A DNA stretch of 64,000 nt from Candidatus Bathyarchaeota archaeon (GCA_963726255.1 CAVSBL010000002.1:1920001-1984000), one strand, 5' to 3'; positions 47,990-57,007 are shown, counted from the stretch's first letter. The notes: generated from the sequence alone by a model not told the origin. Numbers and translations are program-made.

Positions 47990-49489
47990 TTGCCGTACAA
48001 AGGCCTTGATGCACTGAAGGTGAGGATTGACGACCCTACCGTCCGAGCGTGGGCGGACAAGCTCAAACCCAAGTCACACACAAAACTGCACTCGTTCATT
48101 CTGTTCTGGGAGTGGGCGAAGAAAAGGAAGGAAGAAGACCCTAAGACCGGGAAGATGCGGCGAGTGGGCTATTGGGCCACAGCTCACGAGATGCTTGCCG
48201 ACCATTGGCGATGCATGCAGTCCAAGCAAGCCGAACGACCCTACAAGCACCTTGAGATCGTCAAGAAATACTTGAAGAGCAAAGGTACAAGCCCGAGTGA
48301 CCGCAAGATTGCTCTGAGCTCCATTCGGGCTTTCTACCGCGCTCACAAGCGACCATTGCAGGAGTTAGACAGCACGGAGTGGGAGGACGTTTTCGAACCA
48401 ACAGCGGTTGATTTGGAGCGGAAAAGGGAGCTAACACGCCCTCTCACGACGGCGGAGGTAGCCATGCTAGTTCGCGCCGCCAAGATGCCCTACAAAGCAG
48501 TTTTCCTAGTAATGTTTCAAGGAGCTATGGACGCGGCCGCCTTAGAGCAGTTTAGTGGCAGTCTCTGGCATGACAAGGACAACTTTGACGTGAAAGATCT
48601 CGACCGACTTGGCCCAACCAAGATTGGAGGTTTGATTCGGACGAAGACTATGAGTCGCCAGACAGCGTGCGGAGGCGACATCGACGTTTACTACACTTTC
48701 CTTAGCGAAGATGGAAAGCGCCACCTGAAGCAGTGGTTCGAGGAGAGGCGCGAAATGTTGCAACAGGCAGGGTTGACCGATTCGCCGTATCTTTTCCTGA
48801 ACTGGCGGCGCGGCGGACGGCAGAAATTCCATTCCGATCTCGCGCCGGTCAGCGGAAATACCATTGGTAAGACGGTTACAGGTCTAATCAAGAGACTCGG
48901 TCTCGTTCATCCACCTGAGAAGGCAAAGCGGTCTTCCCGGGTCAGATATTATTTCCACGGCCATGAGCTGAGAGACTGCTTCAAGAGCCAATGCTCGCCC
49001 CTCGGGGTAAGTGAGATTGCCAGCGAGTTCTTCATGGGGCACAATATTGATCGGCTTGGTTACAATAAGTCACCCTACAGCGACGAAGGCTTCAACTTTT
49101 TCCGTGGAGAATACAAGAAAGTGATGCAGAGCCTCGAGATCATTTCCTATCCACCAACTGCGGAGGGTAAGTTCCAACGCAAAGAGACTCTAGCTGAGAT
49201 TAATCGTCAAAACCTCCTGCTCAACAAGGTTCCGCGAAAGGTGGTTGACGGATACACTGTCGAGCAGTTAGCATCAATGACGGTCGAGGAAATGCGACGG
49301 TTGATACGGACGGGCGGGAAGGACACTCAGTCAGACACGGCGACGGACGGAAACGGCTGGGAGTCGGGGCAGCAGAAGGTCGTAACGGCCACAGTGCTGC
49401 GAGAGTGGATAGAACGCGGCTGGCGCTACGTAGACACCATTCCATCTACGGGCGAGGTCATCATCCGCTACCCGGAGAGTTCTTCGTAG
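47990..49489 (+). CDS. Tyrosine recombinase/integrase with C-terminal extensions
   Basis: LSSIRAFY core-binding helix; RTKT; HGHELRD; FMGH; GY. Box I reads GAMDAAAL (Asp at the usual Arg position). Confidence 0.88.
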   Translation: MPYKGLDALKVRIDDPTVRAWADKLKPKSHTKLHSFILFWEWAKKRKEEDPKTGKMRRVGYWATAHEMLADHWRCMQSKQAERPYKHLEIVKKYLKSKGTSPSDRKIALSSIRAFYRAHKRPLQELDSTEWEDVFEPTAVDLERKRELTRPLTTAEVAMLVRAAKMPYKAVFLVMFQGAMDAAALEQFSGSLWHDKDNFDVKDLDRLGPTKIGGLIRTKTMSRQTACGGDIDVYYTFLSEDGKRHLKQWFEERREMLQQAGLTDSPYLFLNWRRGGRQKFHSDLAPVSGNTIGKTVTGLIKRLGLVHPPEKAKRSSRVRYYFHGHELRDCFKSQCSPLGVSEIASEFFMGHNIDRLGYNKSPYSDEGFNFFRGEYKKVMQSLEIISYPPTAEGKFQRKETLAEINRQNLLLNKVPRKVVDGYTVEQLASMTVEEMRRLIRTGGKDTQSDTATDGNGWESGQQKVVTATVLREWIERGWRYVDTIPSTGEVIIRYPESSS

Positions 49490-49659
49490 ACGAGGTCGTT
49501 CCAGCCCTCCAGCTTTGCGCGGAGCACGGCCAGCGGGAGTTCATCCGGCTCGTCCAGCACTCTTTGAACCAGCCTGCTAGTTGGAGCTAGTCGACCCTGC
49601 GTTTGTAGTCCGCGGAGAAACGCCTTGTAAGGTCGCAGATCGACCATATCCTCGGGCAA
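49468..49659 (-). CDS. Small hypothetical protein
   Basis: 63 aa, directly downstream of the 85-aa gene; LxxEPDEL motif. Confidence 0.6.
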   Translation of the reverse strand: MPEDMVDLRPYKAFLRGLQTQGRLAPTSRLVQRVLDEPDELPLAVLRAKLEGWNDLVYEELSG

Positions 49660-49668
49660 CGTGCGACA

Positions 49669-49926
49669 CTACTGCTTCTTCTCGTCTGGCTCATGGAAAG
49701 GCTTGGTCCGGATGTCGTCCTTGATGAAGCTCTTCGCGGCCTCGTCCATGACCTTTGTGCGGATGAGTTCACTCATGCTTTCTTGAGTGAGCTTGCCGAG
49801 GTCTCCGAGTCCGACAATGTCTGCCGGAGAGTAACCCGCGAACATCAGATGATACTTGTTTATCTGCGCGAGAGTCTTTGTCTTGCTCGGCTGCTTTTCT
49901 TGCTCCGGGTCCATCGGCTCTGTCAC
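49669..49926 (-). CDS. Small protein homologous to the integrase C-terminal domain
   Basis: TLAQIN...LGKLTQESMSELIRT aligns with integrase TLAEIN...LASMTVEEMRRLIRT. Confidence 0.7.
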   Translation of the reverse strand: MTEPMDPEQEKQPSKTKTLAQINKYHLMFAGYSPADIVGLGDLGKLTQESMSELIRTKVMDEAAKSFIKDDIRTKPFHEPDEKKQ

Positions 49927-50019
49927 TATCTTGTTGATGCAGACTGGTGTCTTATTTGGGTTTCAAGGGGGCGAGTTTGGACTAGCCTGTTACCTTGAAA
50001 ACTGAATGGGGGTGGCAGT

Positions 50020-50045
50020 ATCCCTATACGAAAACGTATGGGGAT
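50020..50045. promoter_or_regulatory. Inverted repeat with TATACG-N4-CGTAT core (site 1)
   Basis: ATCCCTATACG-AAAA-CGTATGGGGAT, 10/11 paired. Confidence 0.55.
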
Positions 50046-50268
50046 GACGAGAATTTCGCCTACTTCTCGCAAGGCGCAAGGCTTTCAATAGTCGATTTCA
50101 TCGGTGCGCAGTCCGGAGGGATTCATCACTTTTTTAGTGCCGAATCCGATATTTCCAACTCCCTTTCACTGCAGAATACGTCGGCTGATTGAATCCCGGC
50201 TGTAATTTCAAGCTACATTTCTGCGTTAATTCTGTTTCGACAGCTAGTAGGTCCGAAGGAACTCACTA

Positions 50269-50290
50269 GCGTATACGTATGCGTATACGC
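50269..50290. promoter_or_regulatory. Perfect inverted repeat with TATACG-N4-CGTAT core (site 2)
   Basis: GCGTATACG-TATG-CGTATACGC. Confidence 0.6.
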
Positions 50291-50341
50291 GGTGGGTCTT
50301 CACAATCCTCAGATTAGGAGAAGACAAAGCTCTTCCGAGCC

Positions 50342-51118
50342 TCACTTTTCCGTAATGAGGCTCCGTTTCCCTTTAGCTTTGTCCCAACGTAAGTTTCCTG
50401 CTTCGGCGGCCTTTCGATTGATCTCGTCTTCCGTAAAGCCTCTCTCCCGGAGGCGGGATCGCAATTTGGTCGATAAAACACACGGTAACAGGAAAACAGT
50501 TCCCTTGCTCAAGATTGGCATCTCAAGCTCCTGACCGCCGCTTTTCTCCCAAGCTTTCAGGATCATAATCCCATAATATCCGTGGTGCACCTTGTTGACG
50601 TAATCTGTACTAGGCGCCTTAGTGTAGTTGATCTTTCCACGACGCTTCCGATAGAGCCAGCGGTCAACACCCGCCTTCCGTTTCCGGATTCTACCCCGCA
50701 AATACACTCTTTCTCCGTTCTCCAGTCCGAGAATCTGCGGAATAACTCCGAGGTGTCGCTGACCGCACTTCGTGCACATAGGCACCTCTCCCTTTCTCGT
50801 CCTCTTCAGTGCTAGCGTTGCGTCTGTCCTCCCGACAACTTGATAATAGCGTCGAATTTCACTGGGCCCCCCAGCGATCCCTCGAATCTCTAGCAGCATC
50901 CCAACCTCGACTCGGGTGGCATCGCCCCAAAGATGCTCGGCCCTCTGGTTTTCTAAATCAATCCAATACTTGGTTCCCGAAGGTTTCGGGTAGCAGATAC
51001 GAACAGACACAACCACATATCTTCCGTATCTGCCTGGTAACCTAAACTTGTCTTTCCTGATGGGGCAATTGACATGGTCTCGGCCCAGGGAGGTCCGATC
51101 AACAGGGAGGATAATCAT
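50342..51118 (-). CDS. Basic hypothetical protein with a Zn knuckle
   Basis: 258 aa, Arg/Lys-rich, CTKCGQRH. Confidence 0.6.
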   Translation of the reverse strand: MIILPVDRTSLGRDHVNCPIRKDKFRLPGRYGRYVVVSVRICYPKPSGTKYWIDLENQRAEHLWGDATRVEVGMLLEIRGIAGGPSEIRRYYQVVGRTDATLALKRTRKGEVPMCTKCGQRHLGVIPQILGLENGERVYLRGRIRKRKAGVDRWLYRKRRGKINYTKAPSTDYVNKVHHGYYGIMILKAWEKSGGQELEMPILSKGTVFLLPCVLSTKLRSRLRERGFTEDEINRKAAEAGNLRWDKAKGKRSLITEK

Positions 51119-51218
51119 CCCTCTACCTTTGCCAAAGCGTTCTGAGAATGCCGTGGTGTGCTCATCGCCCTATGTCTTGATCTTCTATGCTTACAGGCAA
51201 CAATTCACGATTCTGGAA

Positions 51219-51929
51219 TCAGTATGCAATTCCAAATTTCTGCAGGCGTACCTGCGCTCGTTGCTTAACCCAGTGCGCATCGAATCCAAGTCTAGACGTT
51301 AATCTGGTCAATCGGACCGCTTCCTCAGATTCAGTTATTTCATCCGTGATTTTTTCCAATTGTGATTCAATGTCTCGACGAGTGATTACGCCCCATTTCA
51401 ATATTGAACGGAGTGCTTTCACAACTGTGTTGAGGGACTCTCTGTGTACGTAGGCGCGTCTGCGTCTCATTACGTAGGCGCTCGCTTTTCCCTTGCAATA
51501 TGCGACTTCCCAATCTGCGTTCTGCCTTGCCCGAAGTTTTTTCAGTGCTTGCTCATCTTCCTCTATCCTTCTGTTGAGCCAGCGTATGTCAGATTTTGCG
51601 TCGGGAACATGCTTCAGGACTGCTCGTTCGGATTTCCAGATGCGAATCGACCGCTTAAAATCTGATAACCATGCTGCTCTCAATCGCCGCTGCTGACGTA
51701 GATATGATGCGTGTTTCGTGGGTCTCGGTCCGATTGTAAATTCAGCATTGTTTGCCCTCAGGATGCGTTTCACATCGTCGAGATGCCTCTTGCGAGTCCA
51801 CATTGTGCCATGAGACTGGTGAGTCACATACCGACTGAGAATGCCTTTCTTTTTCTTTGGATGTTTTCTTCCGAACAGCTTCTCATGTATAGTTGATTTG
51901 TTCTTCGCGGGGAGGCGATAACTAATCAT
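51219..51929 (-). CDS. Basic hypothetical protein; N-terminal ferredoxin-fold-like domain plus coiled coil
   Basis: MISYRLP...LFGR...GIL pattern. Start placed at ATG 51929 because the upstream ATG lies inside the 54-bp repeat. Confidence 0.6.
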   Translation of the reverse strand: MISYRLPAKNKSTIHEKLFGRKHPKKKKGILSRYVTHQSHGTMWTRKRHLDDVKRILRANNAEFTIGPRPTKHASYLRQQRRLRAAWLSDFKRSIRIWKSERAVLKHVPDAKSDIRWLNRRIEEDEQALKKLRARQNADWEVAYCKGKASAYVMRRRRAYVHRESLNTVVKALRSILKWGVITRRDIESQLEKITDEITESEEAVRLTRLTSRLGFDAHWVKQRAQVRLQKFGIAY

Positions 51930-51936
51930 TATGTCC

Positions 51937-51990
51937 GATTTTGACAAACTTGGACCGAATATTGTCCTAGTCATTTCGCTTTAAAAACAT
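51937..51990 (+). repeat. 54-bp direct repeat copy A (promoter/operator-like)
   Basis: GATTTTGACAAACTTGGACCGAATATTGTCCTAGTCATTTCGCTTTAAAAACAT; 51/54 identical to copy B. Confidence 0.9.
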
Positions 51991-52006
51991 CCTGCCTAAC
52001 AATTTT

Positions 52007-52843
52007 ATGACAATATTAGAGATCGATCGCGGGCCCGTCAAGAGGCTGCGGTTTTTCGGATATCTCGGTGGTAAGCAACGGCTAATCAAAACCATTCTAC
52101 CCCTCATCCCTAAGCACTCTCGATATGTGGAAGTGTTCGGTGGATCCGCAGCGATTCTACTGAACAAGCCTCCAAGCGCTGTCGAGGTTTTCAACGACAT
52201 AGATGCCGAACTAATCAACCTCTTCATGACCGTCCGAGACCATCCCAAACAGTTTGCACGCTATGTCCAAAGCCTGCCATACAGTCGGGAACTGTATGAA
52301 CGTTGGCAACGGCAAATCAAGAACGAGGGCTTACACGGGACCCAGCTTGAACACGCAGCCGAGTTCTACTACCTACTTCGGAGTTCCTTTTTCTGCCATG
52401 TTGAGAAAGGTTGGCGCTTCGCAACCAAAACAGACGAAGCGAGCCGACTCTATAACTGCATTGGTGAAGTTGAAACCATCGCACGGCGATTGCAGAGTGT
52501 TTACATTGATCACTTGGATTTCCGGCGCTGCATCAAGAATTGGGATAGGCCGGACACTTTCTTCTTCCTGGACCCCCCATACTATGGCGCCGTTCCGTAC
52601 CGGAAAGGTGTCCCCGCATTCACCGTCCAGGATCATGAGGACCTAGCATCTCTGCTTCATCACACCAAGGGCAAGTGGCTGCTCACATACAACGACCACC
52701 CGAGAGTTGTGGAGTTGTACGCTGGCGACAGGCGCATAGCAGTTTCCACGGCTTTGAACACGGACAAGATGGCTGCCAACCGCAGGCTTCAGCGGCAACT
52801 AATCATTCTAAAAAATAGTCAGAAAGAAGAAGGGCTTCACTGA
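52007..52843 (+). CDS. Dam-like (D12 class) DNA adenine methyltransferase
   Basis: YLGGK, YVEVFGGS, VFNDID, FLDPPYY, WLLTYND. Confidence 0.92.
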   Translation: MTILEIDRGPVKRLRFFGYLGGKQRLIKTILPLIPKHSRYVEVFGGSAAILLNKPPSAVEVFNDIDAELINLFMTVRDHPKQFARYVQSLPYSRELYERWQRQIKNEGLHGTQLEHAAEFYYLLRSSFFCHVEKGWRFATKTDEASRLYNCIGEVETIARRLQSVYIDHLDFRRCIKNWDRPDTFFFLDPPYYGAVPYRKGVPAFTVQDHEDLASLLHHTKGKWLLTYNDHPRVVELYAGDRRIAVSTALNTDKMAANRRLQRQLIILKNSQKEEGLH

Positions 52844-52856
52844 GGAAGGATATGGC

Positions 52857-53156
52857 ATGATCACCTTAGAGCTGAGCAAGAGGACCTTGCAATGGCTTGT
52901 TGATTGCCTGGAAGCCACTGTGCCCACGGTCTGCCGAGGATGTGGAAGAGAGATAATCCGCTGCCCCCTCTGCGGCGATTGGACATTGTACTACGCGAAC
53001 CCCGATTGCAGGTACGGCGGCTTGTCGGTTTCCGACATGCTAAAAACGCCATTCCACATTCACATTGGGGAGTCTTCTTCTTTCTTCTCCCTTAGGAGGG
53101 GTAAGAGAATCCACTCACACCACCCTCTGAAATCCTCAACATGCCACGGATTTTGA
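52857..53156 (+). CDS. Hypothetical zinc-finger protein
   Basis: CRGCG...CPLCG; GAGG SD-like sequence upstream. Confidence 0.55.
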   Translation: MITLELSKRTLQWLVDCLEATVPTVCRGCGREIIRCPLCGDWTLYYANPDCRYGGLSVSDMLKTPFHIHIGESSSFFSLRRGKRIHSHHPLKSSTCHGF

Positions 53157-53202
53157 CAATCTCGGACCGAATATTGTCCTAGTCATTTCGCTTTAAAAGC
53201 AT
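53149..53202 (+). repeat. 54-bp direct repeat copy B
   Basis: GATTTTGACAATCTCGGACCGAATATTGTCCTAGTCATTTCGCTTTAAAAGCAT. Confidence 0.9.
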
Positions 53203-53219
53203 TTGAAACAGCGCTTACG

Positions 53220-53756
53220 GTGAAACCGGTGGCAATAAGGGGAATAACGAAAGGAAAACTGAAGGTAAGCGCATCAGGGATCAAACACGCTCGTCAGTCT
53301 CCTGGGCGAGGCTGGTCAGATTCTACAATCCCAGAGTTGTGGAACTATTGCGACCTCTGGTTAGAGGATAGGAAGTGTGACTACTGGCGAAAGTTCCCCT
53401 GCCCAAAGTGCGGTGCCGACGCCTGGGAGTCGTTGACGGAGAGAGTAACCGACGACAACGGGTTCGGTGAAGAATGGGTTATTGAACAGGGAGGGGAGTG
53501 CGACCACGTCCCCTACGACAAATATGTTTTGGTCACGTGCCAAGCAGTCGATGTGGTCGAAAACGGCAAAACCGTAGCGGTTGTCGAACCCGACTCTTAC
53601 GATCCGGTTGACTGGCTAAGGTACGAGTACAAGAGGAATGGACCAGACGTAGATTACCGCCGTCCGGTCGCTGCCTTTGGCACTCTCTTCCAAGCGACGA
53701 CGGCGACGGTCGTGGAAAGCCGGGCCTTAGCGCTCGCCGAGGACGAGACCAATTGA
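53220..53756 (+). CDS. Hypothetical protein with Zn ribbon
   Basis: CPKCG...ECDH; 4-bp overlap with the ATPase gene. Confidence 0.65.
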   Translation: MKPVAIRGITKGKLKVSASGIKHARQSPGRGWSDSTIPELWNYCDLWLEDRKCDYWRKFPCPKCGADAWESLTERVTDDNGFGEEWVIEQGGECDHVPYDKYVLVTCQAVDVVENGKTVAVVEPDSYDPVDWLRYEYKRNGPDVDYRRPVAAFGTLFQATTATVVESRALALAEDETN

Positions 53757-56227
53757 GTCGCACGAAGGACGCCTCCACGTATTCGGAAATGAACTCGGTC
53801 GGGAGATTTGACGTGGGCTTTGCAGCTTTTGTTGCGTCTATAATATCGATTTTTGTCGTCCTCGTTCTTTTCTCATACACCGAAATCTTGTTTGTACTTC
53901 TTCTCCTCGCTCCTCTTTGGGTGCTTACGGGTTGGGTTGCAAACAGGCACATCGCACAGCACAACAAGCAGCCGAACGCTCAAACAATCATGGTTTGTCC
54001 CGGCTGTACTGTCGAAGAGAAATGGAAGACACTCGGTTACAGCATGATTGTTGCAGCGGTTCCAAACTACATCGCAAGCGCAGTCCTGACGGAAATCGAA
54101 GCGGTCAGAGTCCCACTCACAGGATGGCCCATCACCTTATCGCCCCTATTTCATGTGTTCACAGCGCTGTTCTTGATCTTGGCGATATTTACCATCCTTA
54201 AGGCGCGAAGTTACTCACATGACCTTGCGGAGTTCAAGACCGCCTACGCCTCCTCTACCACTTATCAAACATTAGAAATGGCAAAAGATGGGCGTGTCGT
54301 ACTCGGTCATGAATTTCGTTATGCCATACAAACTTCAGTACCGACCGCTGCTGATTCACTGCACCCTCTGCCTGGTGAGATTAGGACTAGAACCGTTAGA
54401 CAATGGATTGGAAAAGACGGTCCCTTCACAGTGGATCTGGAAAAGGAGAGAAACCCGCACTGTGTGGTCTTCGGCAGCTCGGGGACAGGGAAAAGCGAAA
54501 CCGTCAGAGCCCTCGTCCTCCGTTACTGGTTAGCGAAGCAGATTCCCTCTCTGATTATAGATTGGCAAGGAGAATACGCTTCTTTCGTGAGGAAGATTGG
54601 AGGAGTGGTTTGGTCGGTTCCGCAGGAATTCACTGTGAACCCACTTCGTCTGGAAGGATTCAGACCATCACAACGAGCTGCTGAAATCGAAGAATCGCTG
54701 ATTGTCAACCTAGAACTTACTGCTTTACAGGCATCCGAGGTGCGGAAAATTGTCTCTGAAGCCTACCGAGAAGCCGGCATAGAGGAAGAAGACAAGGAAA
54801 CATGGAAACTTCCTCCTCCAGTATGGGGCGACATCATCGAGATAATGAGCGCCAAACTGCGAAGCGGGCAATACACGGGCGAAAAAATCCAATGGATCGA
54901 TTGGGCTATTCTCAGGCTGCAACGGGCTGACCGTATCTTCGGCGAAGAAACGCAAGAATTCTTTGGCGTGGCATTGAAGGTGCCGACGTGCATCGACCTA
55001 TCAGGTCTCTCGGGCGCAGATGTCGCCAAGGCTCTGGTCACCTACACAATTTTCCAGCGCATATATGACCAGTTCGATATTAGAGGATTTAGCGTTCTCA
55101 AGCTCCTAGTTGTTTTGGAGGAAGCACACCAAATCCTGCAAAGCCAAATTGGAAAGACGAATAGTACTCAAGAGTCATTGATTGTCAGAATCATAAGACT
55201 CGGTCGAAAATATGGTTACGGAGTAATCCTTGCCAGTCATCAACCCACAGACATACCACAAGCAGCAATCTCGAATGCGGCAACCATAGTCGCCATGATG
55301 CTGGATGAACCACAACAGGTCAACTATGTAAGAAGATTCGTCAACCTCTCAAAACCTGAGAGAGAGATATACGCTACCCTACCGCAAGGCGGGGCATTCA
55401 TCAAACACCTGGGCGAGCCGCACTCGCACCTCGTCAAGACCCAGATGGTGTCTGTCGATGAAATTCAGTTCTCAAGGTCACTCACCGAAAAAATACGCAA
55501 TGAAGTACTGAAGCCTCCCACGCTGCAGCCGCTATCAATGAGGTCAACAGACCCTCCTGCAACCGAGACTACACAAGCACGTTCAGTTCGTGTATCCTCC
55601 AGTCCATCTCTGAATGAAGTGGACGAGGCTCTGACTATGCTCCAGAAAAGAATCCAGCATTTTCTGGAGGGCGGTCCAACGACAATGAAAAAACTGCTTA
55701 AAGCATTTCCTAATGTAGCTTACCGAGAATTGTTGACGTACCTCAGTGATTTGGAGAATCATGGCTTTGTCCAAGAAGAAAAAGTTGCAAACCTTGAAGG
55801 AAAGGGGACAGTCTTCTATGCTGCGCTCAAGTCGGAATGGCTTCAAAGCGAAAGCATAGAACACAGAGCAATGCTTCTGATGATTTCAGAAGCTCTGAAC
55901 CACCTCCGCCCGGTCCCGTATATGCGATCCGAAGCGAATGCGCCGGACTTGGGTTTGGAACTTACAAATCCAAAGATTGCCATAGAAGTTGAAACCGGGC
56001 GGAAAAAACTAACATTCGCTGAACTTGACAAGTGGGCGACAGATGTCAAAATCCGTAACATTAAACTCGGTTACAGAGATATACTAGTTGTCGTGCCAAA
56101 TGCATCTGTCGAAGCTCACTACAAAGAGGCGTGCGAAAAAACCGGATTAGAACTGACAACAATGGCGAAACTCGGAGCCAAACCATGTGACAGCGACAAA
56201 GGAGACGCGGAAAGCAACGCAGGTTAA
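53753..56227 (+). CDS. Membrane-anchored VirD4/VirB4/HerA-like ATPase with C-terminal wHTH and PD-(D/E)XK-like domain
   Basis: N-terminal TMs; NPHCVVFGSSGTGKS, IIDWQGEY, VLEEAH, GRKYG, SHQP; C-terminal EH...APDL...IAIEVETG. Confidence 0.85.
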   Translation: MSRTKDASTYSEMNSVGRFDVGFAAFVASIISIFVVLVLFSYTEILFVLLLLAPLWVLTGWVANRHIAQHNKQPNAQTIMVCPGCTVEEKWKTLGYSMIVAAVPNYIASAVLTEIEAVRVPLTGWPITLSPLFHVFTALFLILAIFTILKARSYSHDLAEFKTAYASSTTYQTLEMAKDGRVVLGHEFRYAIQTSVPTAADSLHPLPGEIRTRTVRQWIGKDGPFTVDLEKERNPHCVVFGSSGTGKSETVRALVLRYWLAKQIPSLIIDWQGEYASFVRKIGGVVWSVPQEFTVNPLRLEGFRPSQRAAEIEESLIVNLELTALQASEVRKIVSEAYREAGIEEEDKETWKLPPPVWGDIIEIMSAKLRSGQYTGEKIQWIDWAILRLQRADRIFGEETQEFFGVALKVPTCIDLSGLSGADVAKALVTYTIFQRIYDQFDIRGFSVLKLLVVLEEAHQILQSQIGKTNSTQESLIVRIIRLGRKYGYGVILASHQPTDIPQAAISNAATIVAMMLDEPQQVNYVRRFVNLSKPEREIYATLPQGGAFIKHLGEPHSHLVKTQMVSVDEIQFSRSLTEKIRNEVLKPPTLQPLSMRSTDPPATETTQARSVRVSSSPSLNEVDEALTMLQKRIQHFLEGGPTTMKKLLKAFPNVAYRELLTYLSDLENHGFVQEEKVANLEGKGTVFYAALKSEWLQSESIEHRAMLLMISEALNHLRPVPYMRSEANAPDLGLELTNPKIAIEVETGRKKLTFAELDKWATDVKIRNIKLGYRDILVVVPNASVEAHYKEACEKTGLELTTMAKLGAKPCDSDKGDAESNAG

Positions 56228-56746
56228 TTCCAGCCAATCTGAGGTCGTGGGTGTTGATTGCAGACCAGGTAGGTTTCCTGTGCGCCTGTCCCCTTGCCCC
56301 TGCATGATCCCCTCTTAATAGTGATTGACAACTTGCACTCTTTCTCCTCGGTTAATTGACCTCGTGTCCGTGCAATGCCTCTCCGGCAGTTGGCAGCCTC
56401 CCCGAGGGCATCTCTTTCTTAGCTTTCCGCTGCGAGCATGTCCAGGTCGCTTTTCGCTCTTTGTCTATGGCAGCTTACCGAGATGCTTGGAAGATGGGGC
56501 AGCGCCCCAGCCCCTCAACGCGGAGAGACGCCCACGGTACCCTGATGGGGGTGGCGACAAACCAACATTCTGCCAGGACAACTGGCGATTAAGTTCCAGT
56601 TCAAGTTGGGGGATTTCTCCCGCCTCATGCTGAGCAACTGCTGGGGCTGCTTGAGAAGGCGGCGGAAGAACAGAGGTACAACTAATCGAATATCTTTCCC
56701 GCCTCTATACACAGCGCTATGCGCTCTTTCAAGAAAACGCTGCATC

Positions 56747-57007
56747 TCATGATTCAGATGTCTTATCAGAAGACCAGTCGGAAAAGACATGAGGTTTACC
56801 TTCTGTTGTGAACTTTCCTTCCGTCCCCTTGATTCCTCCCCCCTTCAAGATTCCCTCATACTGTTCGTGCTCACATTTGTCACACTTGAATTGTCTGTAT
56901 TGTTGCCTAGCGCCGCTAGCTTCACCTTTGTCAAACGTTTGCCCTGTAGGATTTAGATGCCCTTCTCTGCATTTCGGGCAAAGGTCACCTGCTGGCAACT
57001 TGACCAC
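56747..57007 (-). CDS. Zinc-ribbon protein
   Basis: CPKC...CDKC. Confidence 0.65.
   Translation of the reverse strand: MVKLPAGDLCPKCREGHLNPTGQTFDKGEASGARQQYRQFKCDKCEHEQYEGILKGGGIKGTEGKFTTEGKPHVFSDWSSDKTSES

Noticed and set aside
47262-53202. CRISPR array or cas2 locus
   Set aside because: Each repeat has only two copies, 0.6-1.2 kb apart; no cas genes; the Cas2-like resemblance of 51219-51929 is weak
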